Positions 62,571 to 64,000 of a stretch of 64,000 bases of DNA are shown here, piece after piece. The notes below the pieces were generated by a model, which saw nothing but the letters and a program-made list of their open reading frames with translations, was not told where the DNA came from and did not search any database. Positions within the stretch are counted from its first letter, which is position 1. Each line of letters begins with the position of its first letter. The stretch is from Candidatus Thorarchaeota archaeon (GTDB lineage: Archaea > Asgardarchaeota > Thorarchaeia > Thorarchaeales > Thorarchaeaceae), in NCBI GenBank assembly GCA_048882325.1, contig JBHLRS010000013.1, positions 7,668 through 71,667 on the forward strand. Direction: 5' to 3'. Position numbers and translations under genes: made by a program.

Positions 62571-62807
62571 TCACCTTTCCTCCAGGGGCTCATTCTCAGC
62601 TAACCGGTCCAACAGTTTTTGTTGCTTCATTTCCAATATTCGATGAGGTCCATACCCACTAATCACTCGGTTTCGAGTATAGCTTGTCTTTGAATTGATC
62701 TTCAGTTTTTCCATTGTATTTATCCTGCTCTTGTGAGTGTAGTATATCATACAGACTATGTCTGTGATTGCTGAAAAAGCAGATACATCAAATACCAGAG
62801 AAAACAT
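62571..62807 (-). CDS. Hypothetical small protein
   Basis: 78-aa ORF. The internal start MEKLKINSK is possible. No family recognised. Confidence 0.35.
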   Translation of the reverse strand: MFSLVFDVSAFSAITDIVCMIYYTHKSRINTMEKLKINSKTSYTRNRVISGYGPHRILEMKQQKLLDRLAENEPLEER

Positions 62808-63041
62808 TCTGGTTTTAGTATGGTTATTTGTTAACCTGACTCTTCCTTTCTCACTTTACGCAATGAAACGTCACAGAGTGTCCTTATAACCTTGGGCATT
62901 TCGGTCAGAGTAGCTTTCGAGAGGGGTTTAGATTACATTCTAAACTGGATTTATGGAAGCTTACTCACTTTACAAGGGACACTTAACGCAAGAGAGCTGA
63001 ATTGGGCTGGTTCTTATCTTGTGAGTGCAATATCCAGCAAC

Positions 63042-63929
63042 TCATAGAGCACTAGCTGTGCCATTCAGAACAATTTGGAATCCAACAGCTGCTTCTCCAT
63101 AATTAGATGGATATGTTGATTCAAGATAGTTGATGGTTCCTTCGCCACTGCAGTGTATAGGAAAGATGTTTTGTACACCCATATCAATAAGTGTGTCAAT
63201 TGTTTCCTCGATTGTGTCCTGGTTTTCATTTAGCAAGTGGAACCCTCCCAACACCATGTAGATGTCATTCACATTCAAGTCATCAACTGTTTTGGAAACA
63301 ATGTTTTCAACTCCAGGATGACTGCATCCGACCAAGACCACCAATCCAAGATTTTCTATATTAACAACTAATGCCTGTTCGTTATAATTTAGTACGCCTT
63401 CGAAACCTCGACCAACTATGAATATTCCAGGTGAAATCTCAACCGTATCTTCGACCTCAATTTGAAAGAAATCACTCGTCCACGACTTCGAGTGACCATA
63501 ATAAGGCGTGTAAAGAGTGAGATTATCTCGAGTGTCTGAAACATAAGTGAGTCCGTTGACATGATCTGGATGATCATGAGAAATTACAATGAAGTCACAA
63601 TCTGATACAAAGTCTGCACCTAATTGCTTAGAATTATTTTCCAGTGCAACTGGTTCAAGTCCGGAATCGAATAATATGGTCAAATCACTGGTTTCAACAA
63701 GTATACTTAGACCCCAAGGAGTAAGAAGTGTTCCATTAGGATTGTTATCTATCAAGACTGTTATTTTAACATAACTAACACTCTCAGTTTGAGTTTGCAC
63801 AGGAAAGAAACTTGGGATTAGAATAACTGATACCGCCAGAACAGCAGAAATGCCAATAACTAATGCGAGTTTTAGATTCTTGTTCAATGCAATCATCTCC
63901 TGCTTTGCTGGCACAGTTTGATAATACAC
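63042..63929 (-). CDS. MBL-fold metallo-hydrolase with N-terminal signal/TM anchor
   Basis: ISHDHPDHVNG (HxHxDH), VGCSHPG and the later IHCSGEG. N-terminal TM LALVIGISAVLAVSVILI. Confidence 0.8.
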   Translation of the reverse strand: MYYQTVPAKQEMIALNKNLKLALVIGISAVLAVSVILIPSFFPVQTQTESVSYVKITVLIDNNPNGTLLTPWGLSILVETSDLTILFDSGLEPVALENNSKQLGADFVSDCDFIVISHDHPDHVNGLTYVSDTRDNLTLYTPYYGHSKSWTSDFFQIEVEDTVEISPGIFIVGRGFEGVLNYNEQALVVNIENLGLVVLVGCSHPGVENIVSKTVDDLNVNDIYMVLGGFHLLNENQDTIEETIDTLIDMGVQNIFPIHCSGEGTINYLESTYPSNYGEAAVGFQIVLNGTASAL

Positions 63930-64000
63930 TACGAAGATGAAGTTTTATGACATTGGTGTAACCCTTTAAGAATCACTATGTAAAGAACTAGAACACATCC

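Noticed and set aside
1-64000. Search for CRISPR arrays, transposases, integrases, prophage genes, rRNA and toxin-antitoxin pairs
   Set aside because: No regularly spaced direct repeats and no DDE, tyrosine or serine recombinase motifs were seen. No rRNA-like conserved stretches were seen. The only RHH protein has no adjacent toxin-like ORF.

Overview
Gene-dense archaeal chromosomal segment: about 70 CDS, one tRNA, and no rRNA, CRISPR array, transposase or integrase. Archaeal markers are aEF-2, RtcB, class I CCA-adding enzyme, the archaeal pantoate kinase/phosphopantothenate synthetase route to CoA, a crenarchaeal-type single-OB SSB, short XPF, TrmY, eS26 and eL13. The window is also rich in eukaryote-signature-type regulators: four Ras-superfamily GTPases (MglA-like, CvnD-like, a multidomain Arf/Rab-like protein, a Rab-like protein), three Roadblock/LC7 domains, three V4R (Bet3/TRAPP-related) proteins and a PCI-like protein. 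This suggests an Asgard-type archaeon, but that is inference only. Main observations: (1) selD is a selenoprotein gene. An in-frame TGA at 23793-23795 sits at the active-site Cys/Sec position, and the ORF track truncates the gene. (2) A duplicated cassette at 53951-58916 pairs a Roadblock + proline linker + tandem WH-like protein with V4R proteins, next to membrane proteins, a membrane-tethered wHTH protein and a MacB-like ABC system. This is my best candidate for an undescribed system. (3) A multidomain GTPase is paired with a possible longin/roadblock-like partner, separated by a 450-nt spacer holding a GC-rich structured element of unknown class. (4) The EF-2 has a diverged diphthamide loop. 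(5) A translationally coupled PoK-PPS-PanE-CoaBC operon is present. (6) The class I LysRS has degenerate signature motifs. Several ORF-track entries are antisense shadows, and several starts were moved to internal ATG/GTG codons using homology and SD-like GGAGG motifs.
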